A stretch of 64,000 nt of DNA from positions 1,227,757 to 1,291,756 of the forward strand of contig OY969414.1 in NCBI GenBank assembly GCA_963699155.1, read 5' to 3'. Position numbers and translations under genes: made by a program. This DNA comes from an uncultured Chlamydiales bacterium (GTDB lineage: Bacteria > Chlamydiota > Chlamydiia > Chlamydiales > JAAKFR01). Every line of letters begins with the position of its first letter. Position 1 is the first letter of the stretch. The notes under the pieces are model-generated. The model saw nothing but the letters and a program-made list of their open reading frames with translations, searched no databases and had not been told where the DNA came from. Below are positions 31,963 to 43,050 of the stretch, one piece after another.

Positions 31963-33731
31963 GTAGCGTAAGCGCAACACAGGCAAAAGGCAGGGTTGTC
32001 AAAGCCTTTGGGAACCTACTTCAAGTCCAATTTGATGGCCATGTTCGTCAAGGCGAAGTGGCCTTTGTCGAAGTGGATGGGATCCACCTGAAGGCAGAGG
32101 TGATTGAAATCGCCGGCGATGAGGTCAAACTTCAGGTCTATGAAGATACCCGCGGTGTAAAACTGAATACCCCCGTAGCCTTTACTGGGGACCTTTTGGA
32201 AGCGGAGCTAGGCCCAGGCCTACTAACCAGCGTCTTCGATGGTCTGCAGAACCGTTTGGAGGTGCTTGCTGAAAAAACTGGCTACTACTTGCCCAGGGGT
32301 CTTTATGTTCTTCCCATCGATAGGGAAAAGGAGTGGGACTACCTTCCACGTGCCCATGTGGGGGATATGCTCGAAAGGGGAGATACCCTCGGGACTACCA
32401 TGGAGGAGCGTTTTGAGCATCATATCATGGTTCCTTTCTCATTCTTTGGCACTGTCACGCTCACGTGGACCATTTCTCCAGGACGCTATACCGTTGATAC
32501 TGTTGTGGCGCGTGGGAGGAATGAGCGAGGGCAAGAGATGGAATTTGCGATGGTCCAAAAATGGCCGATCAAAATGGGGCTCTTTCAAGGTGTCAAAGTG
32601 AAGCCGAGCGAGATGATGGACACTGGCCTGCGCACCCTCGACACCCAAAGTCCGATCATGAAAGGAGGGACTTTTTGTACGCCCGGTCCCTTCGGTGCAG
32701 GGAAAACAGTGATCCAGCACCATCTTTCCAAATATGCGGCTGTCGATATCGTCATCGTCACAGCTTGTGGAGAGCGTGCGGGCGAAGTGGTCGAAGTGCT
32801 GCGCGAATTTCCTACATTGATCGATCCTCACACGAATGAGCCATTGATCAGGCGTACCTGCATCATCTGTAATACCTCCTCGATGCCGGTAGCTGCTCGG
32901 GAATCTTCTATCTACATGGGTGTGACCATCGCGGAATACTATCGTCAAATGGGTCTCGATGTCCTTTTACTCGCCGATTCGACCTCACGCTGGGCCCAAG
33001 CGCTACGAGAAATGTCAGGGCGCCTTGAAGAAATTCCTGGCGAAGAGGCTTTCCCCGCTTACTTAGCATCCCGGATCGCTGCCTTTTATGAGCGTGGAGG
33101 GTGCGTCGCGTTGAAAAGAGAGGACCAAGGCTCGGTGACCATCTGTGGGGCTGTTTCTCCCGCTGGCGGAAGCTTTGAAGAACCGGTGACTCAAGCAACT
33201 TTGGCTGTCGTGGGAGCCTTTTGCGCCCTTTCGAGAGCGAGATCAGATGCTAGGCGCTATCCTGCGATCGACCAGCTGATCTCTTGGTCGAAATATGTCG
33301 ATGATGTCGCAAGTCAGTTGGAGCACATTGTCCCTGGTTGGGGTGAGATGGTGCGAAAAGCTGCCTGGTTTTTGCGTGAAGGAGGCGAAATAGGCAAGCG
33401 TATGGAAGTGGTGGGCGAAGAGGGTACCTCTCTCGAAGATATGATCATCCATCTGAAAGCGGAAGCCTATGATTTCTGTTATCTCCAACAGAATGCTTTT
33501 GATAAGATCGATGCCTACTGCCCCTTAGAGAGGCAAATTCCTCTTTTCCGCTTGATGAACCATATCTTTGATACACCTTTTGATTTTACCACTCGGGATC
33601 GCGCACGCGAGTTTTTCCTCAACTTGCAAGGCAAAATCAAAACATTAAATTCGACCCCTTTTGAAAGCCAAGAGTATAAGGAGCTGATGCGGGTGATTCA
33701 TGAAATGATCGAAACGGCACGGCGGATATAA
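31959..33731 (+). CDS. atpA: V-type ATP synthase subunit A
   Basis: PGPFGAGKT Walker [39 protein letters not shown]. Confidence 0.96.
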   Translation: MSSVSATQAKGRVVKAFGNLLQVQFDGHVRQGEVAFVEVDGIHLKAEVIEIAGDEVKLQVYEDTRGVKLNTPVAFTGDLLEAELGPGLLTSVFDGLQNRLEVLAEKTGYYLPRGLYVLPIDREKEWDYLPRAHVGDMLERGDTLGTTMEERFEHHIMVPFSFFGTVTLTWTISPGRYTVDTVVARGRNERGQEMEFAMVQKWPIKMGLFQGVKVKPSEMMDTGLRTLDTQSPIMKGGTFCTPGPFGAGKTVIQHHLSKYAAVDIVIVTACGERAGEVVEVLREFPTLIDPHTNEPLIRRTCIICNTSSMPVAARESSIYMGVTIAEYYRQMGLDVLLLADSTSRWAQALREMSGRLEEIPGEEAFPAYLASRIAAFYERGGCVALKREDQGSVTICGAVSPAGGSFEEPVTQATLAVVGAFCALSRARSDARRYPAIDQLISWSKYVDDVASQLEHIVPGWGEMVRKAAWFLREGGEIGKRMEVVGEEGTSLEDMIIHLKAEAYDFCYLQQNAFDKIDAYCPLERQIPLFRLMNHIFDTPFDFTTRDRAREFFLNLQGKIKTLNSTPFESQEYKELMRVIHEMIETARRI

Positions 33732-33733
33732 CC

Positions 33734-35032
33734 ATGAAAAAAGTTCATGACAGAATCAACGACATGCGCGGTAACTTGATTACCGTGACAGCAGAGGAGA
33801 TCAGTTTAGGTGAGCTGGCCCGAATCGACAGGGAAGATGGGGCTCCCACCTACGCCTCAGTCTTGCGCTTTGAAGGCGATCAAGTGACTCTCCAGGTCTT
33901 TGGAGGAACGCGTGGAATCTCTACAGGTGATCGAGTGACCTTTTTGAGACGGCAAATGGAAGCGACCTACGGGGAGGCTCTTCTGGGGAGACGGCTCAGT
34001 GGAACAGGTACACCGATCGATGGCGGCCCTGCAATCATGGGTGAGAAGATCCCGATCGGTCAGCCAGCCTTTAATCCGGTCCGCCGCATCATCCCACGCC
34101 ATATGGTGCGGACCAATATTCCGATGATCGATGTCTTTAACTGTCTGGTCAAATCGCAAAAGATTCCCATCTTTTCTGTAGCAGGGGAGCCCTATAACCC
34201 CCTTTTGATGCGGATCGCCAACCAGACCGATGCCGATGTGGTGATCATTGCTGGCATGGGGCTCACCTTTGACGACTATCAAGCCTTTATCGATAATGCC
34301 GAATCGGCCGGCTCTGCTGAAAAAACGGTGATGTTTATCCATCAAGCCACCGATCCTGCTGTGGAGTGCTTATTGGTTCCCGATCTGGCTCTCGCCTGTG
34401 CCGAAAAGTTTGCTCTCTCTGGAAAAGGTGTCCTCGTCTTACTGACCGACATGACCGCTTTTGCTGATGCGATCAAAGAGATCTCGATCACAATGGATCA
34501 GGTGCCTTCCAACCGTGGTTATCCTGGCTCCCTCTATTCCGATCTCGCCTCTCGCTATGAGAAAGCGGTCGACATCGAGGGGAGTGGTTCGATCACCGTG
34601 ATCAGCGTGACCACAATGCCTGGAGACGATGTCACCCACCCCGTTCCCGATAATACGGGATACATCACTGAAGGGCAATTTTATCTGCATGGGGGCTACA
34701 TCGATCCTTTCGGCTCGCTCTCACGCCTCAAGCAGCAGGTGATCGGAAAAGTGACTCGAGAAGATCATGGCGATATCGCCAACGGATTGATTCGCCTCTT
34801 CGCAGACTCCAAAAAGGCAAAAGAGAGACAGTCGATGGGTTTCAAACTTTCTCGTTGGGATGAGAAGTTACTCAATTTCGCCGATCTTTTTGAGAAAAAA
34901 ATGATGAATCTTGCTGTCAACATGTCTTTAGAGGAGGCTCTCGACATGGGGTGGAAACTCCTTTCAGAATGCTTCCAGCGGCATGAAGTGGGTCTCAAAC
35001 AGGCTCTTGTCGAAAAATATTGGCCAGGCTGA
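33734..35032 (+). CDS. atpB: V-type ATP synthase subunit B
   Basis: [41 protein letters not shown]. Confidence 0.96.
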   Translation: MKKVHDRINDMRGNLITVTAEEISLGELARIDREDGAPTYASVLRFEGDQVTLQVFGGTRGISTGDRVTFLRRQMEATYGEALLGRRLSGTGTPIDGGPAIMGEKIPIGQPAFNPVRRIIPRHMVRTNIPMIDVFNCLVKSQKIPIFSVAGEPYNPLLMRIANQTDADVVIIAGMGLTFDDYQAFIDNAESAGSAEKTVMFIHQATDPAVECLLVPDLALACAEKFALSGKGVLVLLTDMTAFADAIKEISITMDQVPSNRGYPGSLYSDLASRYEKAVDIEGSGSITVISVTTMPGDDVTHPVPDNTGYITEGQFYLHGGYIDPFGSLSRLKQQVIGKVTREDHGDIANGLIRLFADSKKAKERQSMGFKLSRWDEKLLNFADLFEKKMMNLAVNMSLEEALDMGWKLLSECFQRHEVGLKQALVEKYWPG

Positions 35033-35658
35033 TGAGTGCAACTGTAAAACTGACAAAAAATGAGCTCAGAAACCAGCAGGTGCGCCTAGGGCAGCTCAAG
35101 AAATATCTGCCGACTCTACAACTGAAAAAAGCGATGCTACAAGTGGAAGTGAATGAAGTGCGGATGGAGATCGTTCAATTGGAAGAGAGATTTCACAGCG
35201 CCCGCTTGGCAGTCTCTCACAGCAGCAGCCTCTTTAGCGAACGGTTTGGTTTAGATCTTGCCGAAGCGGCAAAGGTCGAGAAAATTGTCAAACGGTATGA
35301 AAATATTGCAGGTGTCGATATTCCCCTATTTGAGGAGGTTCTCTTTGCCCCCTTCGAATATCCCCTCTTCACCACTCCTGCATGGCTCGATGTAGCGGTG
35401 AGTGAGCTGCGCAAAATGGCAACAGCTAGGGCCCAAGTCCTTGTGGCTGATGAAAAACGACGCGCCCTTGAAAAAGAGCTGCGCGAAGTATCGATCCGAG
35501 TTAATCTCTTTGAAAAGAATCTCATTCCCAAGGCGAGCGAAAACATCCGCCGGATCAAAGTCTTTTTAGGAGACCAGCAGCTGGCTGCTGTGGCTCAAGC
35601 CAAAGTGGCCAAAACCAAAATTGAAGAGAGGAAGAAAAAGAAAAAAGATGCGGGTTGA
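35032..35658 (+). CDS. atpD: V-type ATP synthase subunit D
   Basis: LPTLQLKK, ENIAGVDIP, RVNLFEK; ATG overlaps the atpB stop. Confidence 0.93.
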   Translation: MSATVKLTKNELRNQQVRLGQLKKYLPTLQLKKAMLQVEVNEVRMEIVQLEERFHSARLAVSHSSSLFSERFGLDLAEAAKVEKIVKRYENIAGVDIPLFEEVLFAPFEYPLFTTPAWLDVAVSELRKMATARAQVLVADEKRRALEKELREVSIRVNLFEKNLIPKASENIRRIKVFLGDQQLAAVAQAKVAKTKIEERKKKKKDAG

Positions 35659-37567
35659 CATCGTTAAATATCTGCTTCTCGGTCCGATGAGCTCACGGGA
35701 TGCTTTCTTTAAGCAGATCCAGGAGTTTGGGATGGTTGAGTTTATCCGAAAAACCCCCCTTCCCTTAGAAAGATCTCCTGAAATTCAAAACTTCATCGAT
35801 GCCCAACATGTGTTGAGACGGATGGTTCCTGTTAGGCAAGAGCCGCTCGACGATTACCGCTCAGCCAATGTTTTGGCTCGCCATGTAGTGGAAAGGGGGG
35901 TTGAGCTTGAACGTCTCCGAGAAAGAGTCCGCATCCTCAATAAAGAGATCGAGAGGATCGAGGTGTTTGGCGATTTTTCTATGAACGAGCTTCATGAGAT
36001 CGAGAGTGAAACCAGAAGGGTCATCCAATTTTTCTTCTGCAAGATGAATGCAGAACCAAGTGCTGTCCAGCGTCCCGAGGTCATTTTTATCCGCCAATCT
36101 CACACTCTCAATTACTATGTCGCCATCAACAAAGAGAGGAGCTCCTACGAAGGCCTTATCGAAATCGTCATCGATCGCTCTATGGGCGAGCTTAAGCAGG
36201 AGTTGGCTCAGGTCAGTTTGCAGATCGACATGTACGAAACGGAGCTGGCGACCCTCGCCCATAAGAAGACGATTCTCAAGCAGGGGCTCTACAATACCCT
36301 CAATCGGCATAATCTCGAAGATTCGAAAGGGACGACTGAGCCTTACTTAGAAGGAGATCTCTTTGCCGCAGAAGGATGGGTGGCCAAAAATCAAGTGAAA
36401 GATCTCGAAAAAGTGGCCGATGAACATGGCATTTATGCCTCTCCTGTAGCCCTAGAACCAGGCGACCGAATCCCCACCCATTTAGAAAATGATGAGCTAG
36501 GGTCACTGGGTCAGGATCTGGTCGGGATCTATGATACACCCTCTACAAAGGATAAAGATCCCTCTTTGTGGGTCCTCTTCGCTTTTGGTCTCTTCTTTTC
36601 GATGATCATCGCTGATGCAGGATATGGCCTCATCATGCTGGGTGTTTCCTTGTGGCTCTATTATAAGTTTGGGAGGAAGAAAAAGGGATTTGTACGCCGT
36701 TTCACTCAGCTCTCTATATTTCTCTCGATAGGCTGCATCATTTGGGGGCTGTTACTGGCCTCTTTCTTTGGGATCGAATTTGAGCCTGGAACAAAAATAC
36801 GTCAATTTTCATTCATCAATTGGATGATCGAGCGCAAAGCGGAATACCTTTTACGGGAAAAACCGCCCTCCTACCATGATCTCATTAAGGAGTACCCTGT
36901 CCTCGAGAGTGCCACCACGCCCGATCAATTGCTCAAAGGGGTTGTCAGCCAACAAGAGGGGCTCGGAAAATATACGATCTACAACGATTTTCAGGGCAAT
37001 GTCTTTCTGGAGCTGGCCATCTTTGTGGGAGCGATCCATATCTTTCTTGGCTTTTTACGCTATGTGAAAAAGAATTGGTCGGGGATTGGTTGGGCCATTT
37101 TTATGGTGGGCGCCTACCTTTACTTTCCGACCTTCGTGAAGGCAGTGTCTCTCATCCACTACATCTTTGGGGTCCCTTATGCGGAAGGGGCTCTCATCGG
37201 AAAATATCTCCTCTGGACCGGTATTATCCTCGCTGCCATCCTTGGTATTATCCAAAACCGTTGGAAAGGCCTTGCAGATATCATGCATGTCGTCCAAGTT
37301 TTTGCCGATGTGATGTCTTATTTGCGTATCTATGCCCTCTCCCTCGCCGGGATGATTATGGCCTCCACTTTTAACCATATCGGGTCGAAGGTGCCCTGGT
37401 ATTTTGGGATCTGGATCATTTTGATCGGTCATGCCCTCAATTTCACCCTCGCTCTGATGGGAGGCACTATTCACGGCTTGCGTCTAAATTTTATTGAATG
37501 GTATCACTATAGCTTTGAAGGGGGTGGCAAGCAGTTCAAACCCCTTTCCTTATTGAAATTTGATTAG
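35648..37567 (+). CDS. atpI: V-type ATP synthase subunit I
   Basis: FFSMIIADAGYG, FADVMSYLRIYAL, IHGLRLNFIEW. Confidence 0.95.
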   Translation: MRVDIVKYLLLGPMSSRDAFFKQIQEFGMVEFIRKTPLPLERSPEIQNFIDAQHVLRRMVPVRQEPLDDYRSANVLARHVVERGVELERLRERVRILNKEIERIEVFGDFSMNELHEIESETRRVIQFFFCKMNAEPSAVQRPEVIFIRQSHTLNYYVAINKERSSYEGLIEIVIDRSMGELKQELAQVSLQIDMYETELATLAHKKTILKQGLYNTLNRHNLEDSKGTTEPYLEGDLFAAEGWVAKNQVKDLEKVADEHGIYASPVALEPGDRIPTHLENDELGSLGQDLVGIYDTPSTKDKDPSLWVLFAFGLFFSMIIADAGYGLIMLGVSLWLYYKFGRKKKGFVRRFTQLSIFLSIGCIIWGLLLASFFGIEFEPGTKIRQFSFINWMIERKAEYLLREKPPSYHDLIKEYPVLESATTPDQLLKGVVSQQEGLGKYTIYNDFQGNVFLELAIFVGAIHIFLGFLRYVKKNWSGIGWAIFMVGAYLYFPTFVKAVSLIHYIFGVPYAEGALIGKYLLWTGIILAAILGIIQNRWKGLADIMHVVQVFADVMSYLRIYALSLAGMIMASTFNHIGSKVPWYFGIWIILIGHALNFTLALMGGTIHGLRLNFIEWYHYSFEGGGKQFKPLSLLKFD

Positions 37568-37580
37568 TTGATTAGGAGTC

Positions 37581-38006
37581 ATGATGGATATTGGTGTTGT
37601 AGGACCTGCCCTCGTTTTAGGATTGGCCATGATTGGAAGTTCGATCGGGTGTGCTGTCGCTGGTATGGCTTCACACGCTGTCATGGCTAGGATCGATGAA
37701 GGCCATGGTAAGATGATCGGTATGTCGGCGATGCCCTCCTCGCAAGCCATCTATGGCTTTATCTTGATGCTCTTGATGAATGGCGCTATCAAAGGAGGAA
37801 CACTCTCGCCGATTGGAGGCATTGCCATAGGAGCTTCTGTGGGTGCGGCGCTCCTTTTTTCCTCCTACATGCAGGGAAAATGTTGTGCGACAGGGATTCA
37901 AGCTTCGGCTAAACAGCCCGCGATTTATGGAAAGTGTTTCGCTGCCATTGGAATCGTCGAGTCTTTCTCTCTCTTTGCCTTCGTCTTTGCACTCCTACTC
38001 TTTTGA
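37581..38006 (+). CDS. atpK: V-type ATP synthase subunit K (proteolipid)
   Basis: Four TM helices; PSSQAIYG and GIVESFSLFA (Q/E/S pattern associated with Na+ binding). Confidence 0.93.
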   Translation: MMDIGVVGPALVLGLAMIGSSIGCAVAGMASHAVMARIDEGHGKMIGMSAMPSSQAIYGFILMLLMNGAIKGGTLSPIGGIAIGASVGAALLFSSYMQGKCCATGIQASAKQPAIYGKCFAAIGIVESFSLFAFVFALLLF

Positions 38007-38428
38007 TGAGACTCTTCATACTACTTTTGACTCTTCCCCTCCTAGGAGGTTGTCTTGCCCCCTCACTTAGCTGCCGTTCGGAGTACCTCTACCCGAACTA
38101 TCTTGCCTCCGAACAGATCGATACCCCCGATCTTTTGCGGGGATGTTATTACGGCCAGCAGCTCCTTGTCCATTGGCGCGTTCCTAGATCCTGCCTACCT
38201 ATCACTCTCCTCCTCAAGGTCCGCTATGGCAACCGAGAAGTGGAGATTTATAAAGAGGAGCTCACAAAGAGCCGAGGATGGCGGATCCACCGACTCATCA
38301 ATCAAGAATATTGGGAGAGGGGAGGCATTCTCTCTTTCCAGGCGCAGCTTATTCGTGAGGAGAGAGTCATTGCCAGCTGGACCCACTCTCTTTGGGCCGA
38401 AATCATCGAAGTCTGTTCAGAAGATTAG
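38006..38428 (+). CDS. Conserved chlamydial lipoprotein (CT303-like)
   Basis: ATG overlaps the atpK stop; lipobox LLGGC; YLAS..IDTPD, GQQL...W motifs. Confidence 0.7.
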   Translation: MRLFILLLTLPLLGGCLAPSLSCRSEYLYPNYLASEQIDTPDLLRGCYYGQQLLVHWRVPRSCLPITLLLKVRYGNREVEIYKEELTKSRGWRIHRLINQEYWERGGILSFQAQLIREERVIASWTHSLWAEIIEVCSED

Positions 38429-39446
38429 ATCCTTCACGAATCAGAGCCTGAGTCGCAGCCCAATCTAGGCAGGGATCGGTGATCGAGATGCCATGCTTCA
38501 ATGGGAAGGCGAGTTCTTGAGAACCACCATGGAGGTGGCTTTCCAGCATGATGCCAACAATGTTTTGATTTCCCGCTTGAATTTGTTCGATACAGGAGTG
38601 GAAAACCCGCTTTTGCTGTTCAGGCTTTTTTCCACAGTTATCGTGGGAACAGTCGATAATCACTCGTGGATTGATCAGAGCCCGCTCACATTTCTGGATG
38701 GCGGCTGCCACATTCTCAGGATGGTAATTGGGGCCCATCTCTCCTCCGCGAAGGACAAGATGACAGAGAGGATTTCCCTCGGTGAGCAGCCGGCTCATCT
38801 GGCCCGATGGGCTTACACCCAAAAAAGCTTGGGGTGTGGCTGCCGCTAAGATGCCATGAATCGCATGGTCGATATTGCCTTCAGTACTATTTTTAAAGCC
38901 AATCGGGAAATTCAAGAGAGAGGCCATCTGCCGATGGGGGGGCGAGGAGGAGGTCCTGGCTCCAATGCACCCCCAGCTCAGATAATCGGCATAGTAGTGA
39001 AAAGTATTCAATTCGAGAAGCTCTGAGCCCGAAGGGAGCCCCATTTCACTGAGTTCACGCAATAAAAGCCTTGTTTGCCGGATTCCTTTCGCCAGCTGGT
39101 AAGATCCATTCAGCTCGGGGTCATAGAGCATCCCTTTCCAGCCAACAATGGTGCGCGCCTTCTCAAAATAGGTACGCATCACTAGAAAAATATGGTCCGA
39201 GACCTCATCCGCTAATTGCCTCAACTGAGCGCCATATTCTAGGGCAGCTACAGGGTCATGGATCGAACAGGGACCTACGACCACCAAGAGGCGCTGATCC
39301 CAGCCATTCAAAATGGCTTCGATTGTCTCTCTTGAGCGGTGAACAAATGCAGCCTGGTCGTCTGTTAGAGGAATTTCTTGATACAACTCTTCAGGAGTCG
39401 GCACGCTTTCCGTGTCTAATTTCTGCTCCAGAGCTGCCATTAACAT
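38403..39446 (-). CDS. 3-deoxy-7-phosphoheptulonate (DAHP) synthase, class I-alpha (AroF/G/H type)
   Basis: VVGPCSIHD, MRTYFEK, GWKG, IGART, GFKN, IDCSHDN, SITDPC; start uncertain. Confidence 0.93.
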   Translation of the reverse strand: MLMAALEQKLDTESVPTPEELYQEIPLTDDQAAFVHRSRETIEAILNGWDQRLLVVVGPCSIHDPVAALEYGAQLRQLADEVSDHIFLVMRTYFEKARTIVGWKGMLYDPELNGSYQLAKGIRQTRLLLRELSEMGLPSGSELLELNTFHYYADYLSWGCIGARTSSSPPHRQMASLLNFPIGFKNSTEGNIDHAIHGILAAATPQAFLGVSPSGQMSRLLTEGNPLCHLVLRGGEMGPNYHPENVAAAIQKCERALINPRVIIDCSHDNCGKKPEQQKRVFHSCIEQIQAGNQNIVGIMLESHLHGGSQELAFPLKHGISITDPCLDWAATQALIREGSNLLNRLR

Positions 39447-39528
39447 ATTTAGCCAACTTAACAAGATTATGACTTTTAGAAAAGTGGGATTGAAGATATC
39501 TCTTTCAACAGTTATAATTTTTCACCTT

Positions 39529-40926
39529 ATGGAAGGTTTTGTCTATTGGCTAACAAAAGTGGATGGATGGGTCTGGCAGCCCATTTTTGTGGTCCTGATC
39601 GGAACAGGACTCTACCTAACGTTTAAACTGCGTGGGTTACAGTTTCGCAAATTATTTTACTCTCTTAAACTGGCCTTTTCACGCAATCATGTAGAGGGGG
39701 AAGGAGATATCTCCCACTTCGAAGCGCTGATGACCGCTTTAGCCGCAACGATCGGGATCGGCAATATCGCAGGGATAGCCACAGCGATTGCGATGGGAGG
39801 GCTTGGCTCTCTGTTTTGGCTCTGGCTCACCTCTCTCATTGGCATGGCCACCAAGTATGCCGAAGCTGTTCTCGCCATCCGCTATCGCGGAGTCGATAAA
39901 CGGGGAGAGATGGCTGGTGGACCGATGTACTATATCGAGCGCGGCCTCAACTGGAAATGGATGGCAGGCGCTTTCGCTCTCTTCGGCACGATCACAACCC
40001 TGTGTACAGGCAACATTGTCCAGTCAAATTCGATTGCCTCAGCCATAGAGGCCTCTTTCGGAATCAATGTCTGGATTACCGGCACAATCCTCGCTATCTG
40101 TACAGGGCTTGTCTTGATCGGGGGGATCAAATCGATTGGTAATGTCACCTCCTACCTTGTTCCCTTCATGGCCCTCTTCTATATCTTGGGTAGTTTGGTC
40201 ATCATCGTGCTCCGTTACGATGCCGTCCCTATGGCGTTTCAGCAAATTTTCTCGACCGCCTTTACCGGTCAAGCTGCTCTCGGTGGTTTTGCCGGCTCAA
40301 CTATCATGATGGCGATGCAGATGGGTGTGGCCCGAGGTGTCTTTTCCAATGAATCAGGTCTAGGTACTGCCCCCATTGCAGCGGCTGCGGCAAAGACCGA
40401 TCTACCCGGCCGCCAAGCTCTCATTTCGATGACAGGGGCTTTCCTTTCCACAGTCGTCTGCACCTTTACAGGTTTAGCGATCGCTGTCACCAATGTTCTA
40501 GGGATCTATGGAGCTGATGGAAAGATGCTCAATGGAGTTCCTCTTACGATTGCCGCTTTCGAAACAGTGCTTCCCTTTTTTGGGGGCATCATTGTCGTCA
40601 TCGGCAGTATCCTCTTTGGCTACTCGACCATCGTCGGTTGGGCCTACTATGGCGAAAAGTGCTGTGAGTATCTGATGGGGGCAAGATCGATCTTCTACTA
40701 CAGATTGATCTTTACCGTCTTTGTTCTCCTCGGGGTGATCATCCCGATGGATGTTGTCTGGGCCCTCGCCGATATCACCAATGCGTTGATGGCTCTGCCC
40801 AATCTGATCGGCATTGTGGCTCTCGCAGGTGTGGTCGGCTACGAAACGCAGCTATTCTTTGATAAGGTGAATGGTGAAGCGCTTTCAGCGAAGGCCGACA
40901 GCAAGTGCACAGAATCTATGCAGTAG
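39529..40926 (+). CDS. Alanine/glycine:cation symporter (AGCS family)
   Basis: ALAATIGIGNIAG, GGPMYYI, RGVFSNESGLGTAP, MALPNLI. Confidence 0.93.
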   Translation: MEGFVYWLTKVDGWVWQPIFVVLIGTGLYLTFKLRGLQFRKLFYSLKLAFSRNHVEGEGDISHFEALMTALAATIGIGNIAGIATAIAMGGLGSLFWLWLTSLIGMATKYAEAVLAIRYRGVDKRGEMAGGPMYYIERGLNWKWMAGAFALFGTITTLCTGNIVQSNSIASAIEASFGINVWITGTILAICTGLVLIGGIKSIGNVTSYLVPFMALFYILGSLVIIVLRYDAVPMAFQQIFSTAFTGQAALGGFAGSTIMMAMQMGVARGVFSNESGLGTAPIAAAAAKTDLPGRQALISMTGAFLSTVVCTFTGLAIAVTNVLGIYGADGKMLNGVPLTIAAFETVLPFFGGIIVVIGSILFGYSTIVGWAYYGEKCCEYLMGARSIFYYRLIFTVFVLLGVIIPMDVVWALADITNALMALPNLIGIVALAGVVGYETQLFFDKVNGEALSAKADSKCTESMQ

Positions 40927-40971
40927 ACGGCTTAAATTTTTCTACTAGCCCCAGTAGATCGCAGGCTCTGG

Positions 40972-41322
40972 TTATTGGAAAAACTCTCCCATTCCATGAA
41001 TTTGTGCAGAGACTCCCTCGTAACCCTCGACTTGATCACCCCTGATTCTAGAGATTCCTACACAGCATAAGGTTTTGCAAGGGGAGTAGCACTTGATAAT
41101 CACTCCAAGGCCAAGTTGGACCGAGCCGGCACCCACCATCCATTCTCCTCCAGCCATCGGTATCTTTCCATGCATCGCAAGAGCACCTATGACGACGAGA
41201 ATGATCCCAATGGCCATATCGACCCAAGGCCAGGTGTCACTTAAGTAAGCTGCTTTATCCCGGATACAGTCGGTCTCTCGACAGACTTTAAGTCCACAGG
41301 CATTGTTAACAACAGAAAACAT
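40972..41322 (-). CDS. Small Cys-containing membrane protein (Inc-like hydrophobic hairpin)
   Basis: 116 aa, two close hydrophobic segments. Confidence 0.55.
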   Translation of the reverse strand: MFSVVNNACGLKVCRETDCIRDKAAYLSDTWPWVDMAIGIILVVIGALAMHGKIPMAGGEWMVGAGSVQLGLGVIIKCYSPCKTLCCVGISRIRGDQVEGYEGVSAQIHGMGEFFQ

Positions 41323-41393
41323 AGTTTACCCCAAATAGATATAGCTCCATTATAAATCTCACTAATTAAGATTTTATTAAGAATCGTTCGTGA

Positions 41394-42182
41394 TCAGCGG
41401 CTGAGGCAAAATTTGTAGGAAATGCGGGTGACAAAGGTGTTAAAAGAGGGACGGAGGGAATATTCGAAGGGAAAGCCCGTAGAAGGAGTCAGCTTTCCTT
41501 CAAAGTGTCTTCTGTTGGGTCGGTAGTAGTTGAATTCAAGGCCCAAAACCCAGTGTGTCCAGCGGGCTAACTCAAGGCCAACTCCGAGGAGCCAGCCATA
41601 GTGGGTGGCGCTGGCGCTAAATCGATGGGGGGTGGCGTTCAAAAAGGTGTCTGTGGAGCTGAGGTGGCTGCTCAGTCGAGCGATGATCAGGCCCGTTTTT
41701 GCATAGATCAAAAGAGCATCCCAGGGAACGCCGATGCGAGGTGTCAGAGTCAAAAACCAATCTATATCTGTTTTGTAAGTGACATTCGGGGGAACTTCAT
41801 GAAAGACATTCTTCCTCTGGCCGCGGATCCCACTCCAATCAAAAGCAGCCTCAAAGCTGAGTACAAAGGTGGTTAAATGGCTGTTGACTCCAGCGTGTCC
41901 TCCCAGAACGCCTCCACTTACCCTTTCTGCAAAAGAGCCTCCGCTAAAGGGAGCAAACAAGTTATTGGGGCCGCTCCCGCTATCTCCGACCGGAAACCCA
42001 TAATTCACTCGATCAAAGCCATATCCGCCATGCAAACCACAATAGTAACCACTCCAATTATAGCAGTAGGGAATGCAGCAGTTCCAATTGGGGTAACGGG
42101 GAATGGGACAGTAACTAGTGGCGCAGGCTGCATATTGGGTATTCGGGAAGAGAAGTAAGGCAGCTAAAAGAAGCTTTTTCAT
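41394..42182 (-). CDS. Outer-membrane beta-barrel protein, Omp25/RopB-like
   Basis: Signal peptide; WSGYYCGLHGGYG, GGHAG, TPRIG...LIYAKTG, GWLLGVGLE, RISYKF. Confidence 0.8.
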   Translation of the reverse strand: MKKLLLAALLLFPNTQYAACATSYCPIPRYPNWNCCIPYCYNWSGYYCGLHGGYGFDRVNYGFPVGDSGSGPNNLFAPFSGGSFAERVSGGVLGGHAGVNSHLTTFVLSFEAAFDWSGIRGQRKNVFHEVPPNVTYKTDIDWFLTLTPRIGVPWDALLIYAKTGLIIARLSSHLSSTDTFLNATPHRFSASATHYGWLLGVGLELARWTHWVLGLEFNYYRPNRRHFEGKLTPSTGFPFEYSLRPSFNTFVTRISYKFCLSR

Positions 42183-42196
42183 GATGTTGAAAAATA

Positions 42197-42223
42197 AAGA
42201 GGAGGTTTAAAAAAACCTCCTCT
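42197..42223 (-). terminator. Hairpin between the two porin-like genes
   Basis: AGAGGAGGTTT...AAACCTCCTCT, followed by a T-rich run on the minus strand. Confidence 0.55.
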
Positions 42224-42242
42224 ACCTAAGGAACAAAAAAAA

Positions 42243-42989
42243 TTACCGAAATTTATAGGAAAGTCGGACTAGGATGCTATTGAAAGAGGGACGGTGATGA
42301 CACTCAACAGGTAATCCTGCAAGAGAGGTCAAAAAGCCACCGAATCTATTTCTGCTGAGTTGGTAATAGTCATATTCCAACCCAATGATCCAATTACAGT
42401 CCCAAGCATAGTCAACACCTACACCTGCTGTCCAACCAATGTGATCATGAAATCGTCTAAAGTTTGTACTAGAAAATACAGTCGTTGTTGTAGGCAAACG
42501 GAAATGAGATTCGGTGCGCAGAGCAACCAAGCCAGCCTTTCCGTAGAGCAACCAGTTGTTACAAGCAAATCCGAGTCGTGGAGTTATTGTAGCAAACCAA
42601 TCGATTCTCCTTTCAATCCTTGTGCCAACAGGAAAGATAATCCCCGAAGTGGTTGTCAGGCATCTTTTCGCCCAAGTTCCTTCAAAATCAGCCTCTAGAC
42701 CGAAAACAAAAGAACACCATTGGCGATTAAAGCCAATATGGCCGCCGAAGATTCCGCCATTCAGACGGTGATTGCGATTATCACTAAATATAGTGTCTGT
42801 AAAGCGGTTTCGATTGTTACCCCAGCCATATCCTCCATTGATACCAATGTAGAGACCGGTCCAATCAAACCCGCATGGGCAGCAGGCATTAGATCCGAAT
42901 GAATCAAAACCAAAGCCTTGTGCTTGCAGTCGAGCATCCGTACTCAACAACGCCGCACAGGCCAAAAGTATCGTTAACAGTTTTTTCAA
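42243..42989 (-). CDS. Outer-membrane beta-barrel protein, Omp25/RopB-like (tandem paralog)
   Basis: FDWTGLYIGINGGYGWG, GGHIGFN, PRLGFA..NWLLYGKAG, GWTAGVGVDY, RLSYKF. Confidence 0.85.
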   Translation of the reverse strand: MKKLLTILLACAALLSTDARLQAQGFGFDSFGSNACCPCGFDWTGLYIGINGGYGWGNNRNRFTDTIFSDNRNHRLNGGIFGGHIGFNRQWCSFVFGLEADFEGTWAKRCLTTTSGIIFPVGTRIERRIDWFATITPRLGFACNNWLLYGKAGLVALRTESHFRLPTTTTVFSSTNFRRFHDHIGWTAGVGVDYAWDCNWIIGLEYDYYQLSRNRFGGFLTSLAGLPVECHHRPSFNSILVRLSYKFR

Positions 42990-43050
42990 GAGTGCACTCC
43001 TTATTTGAAAAAAGGGTTATCCACTTAGATAGCAGAAGAGAGAATATTTT

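Noticed and set aside
30529..38006. V-ATPase operon lacking F and G subunit genes
   Set aside because: E-DUF2764-A-B-D-I-K is the usual chlamydial arrangement.
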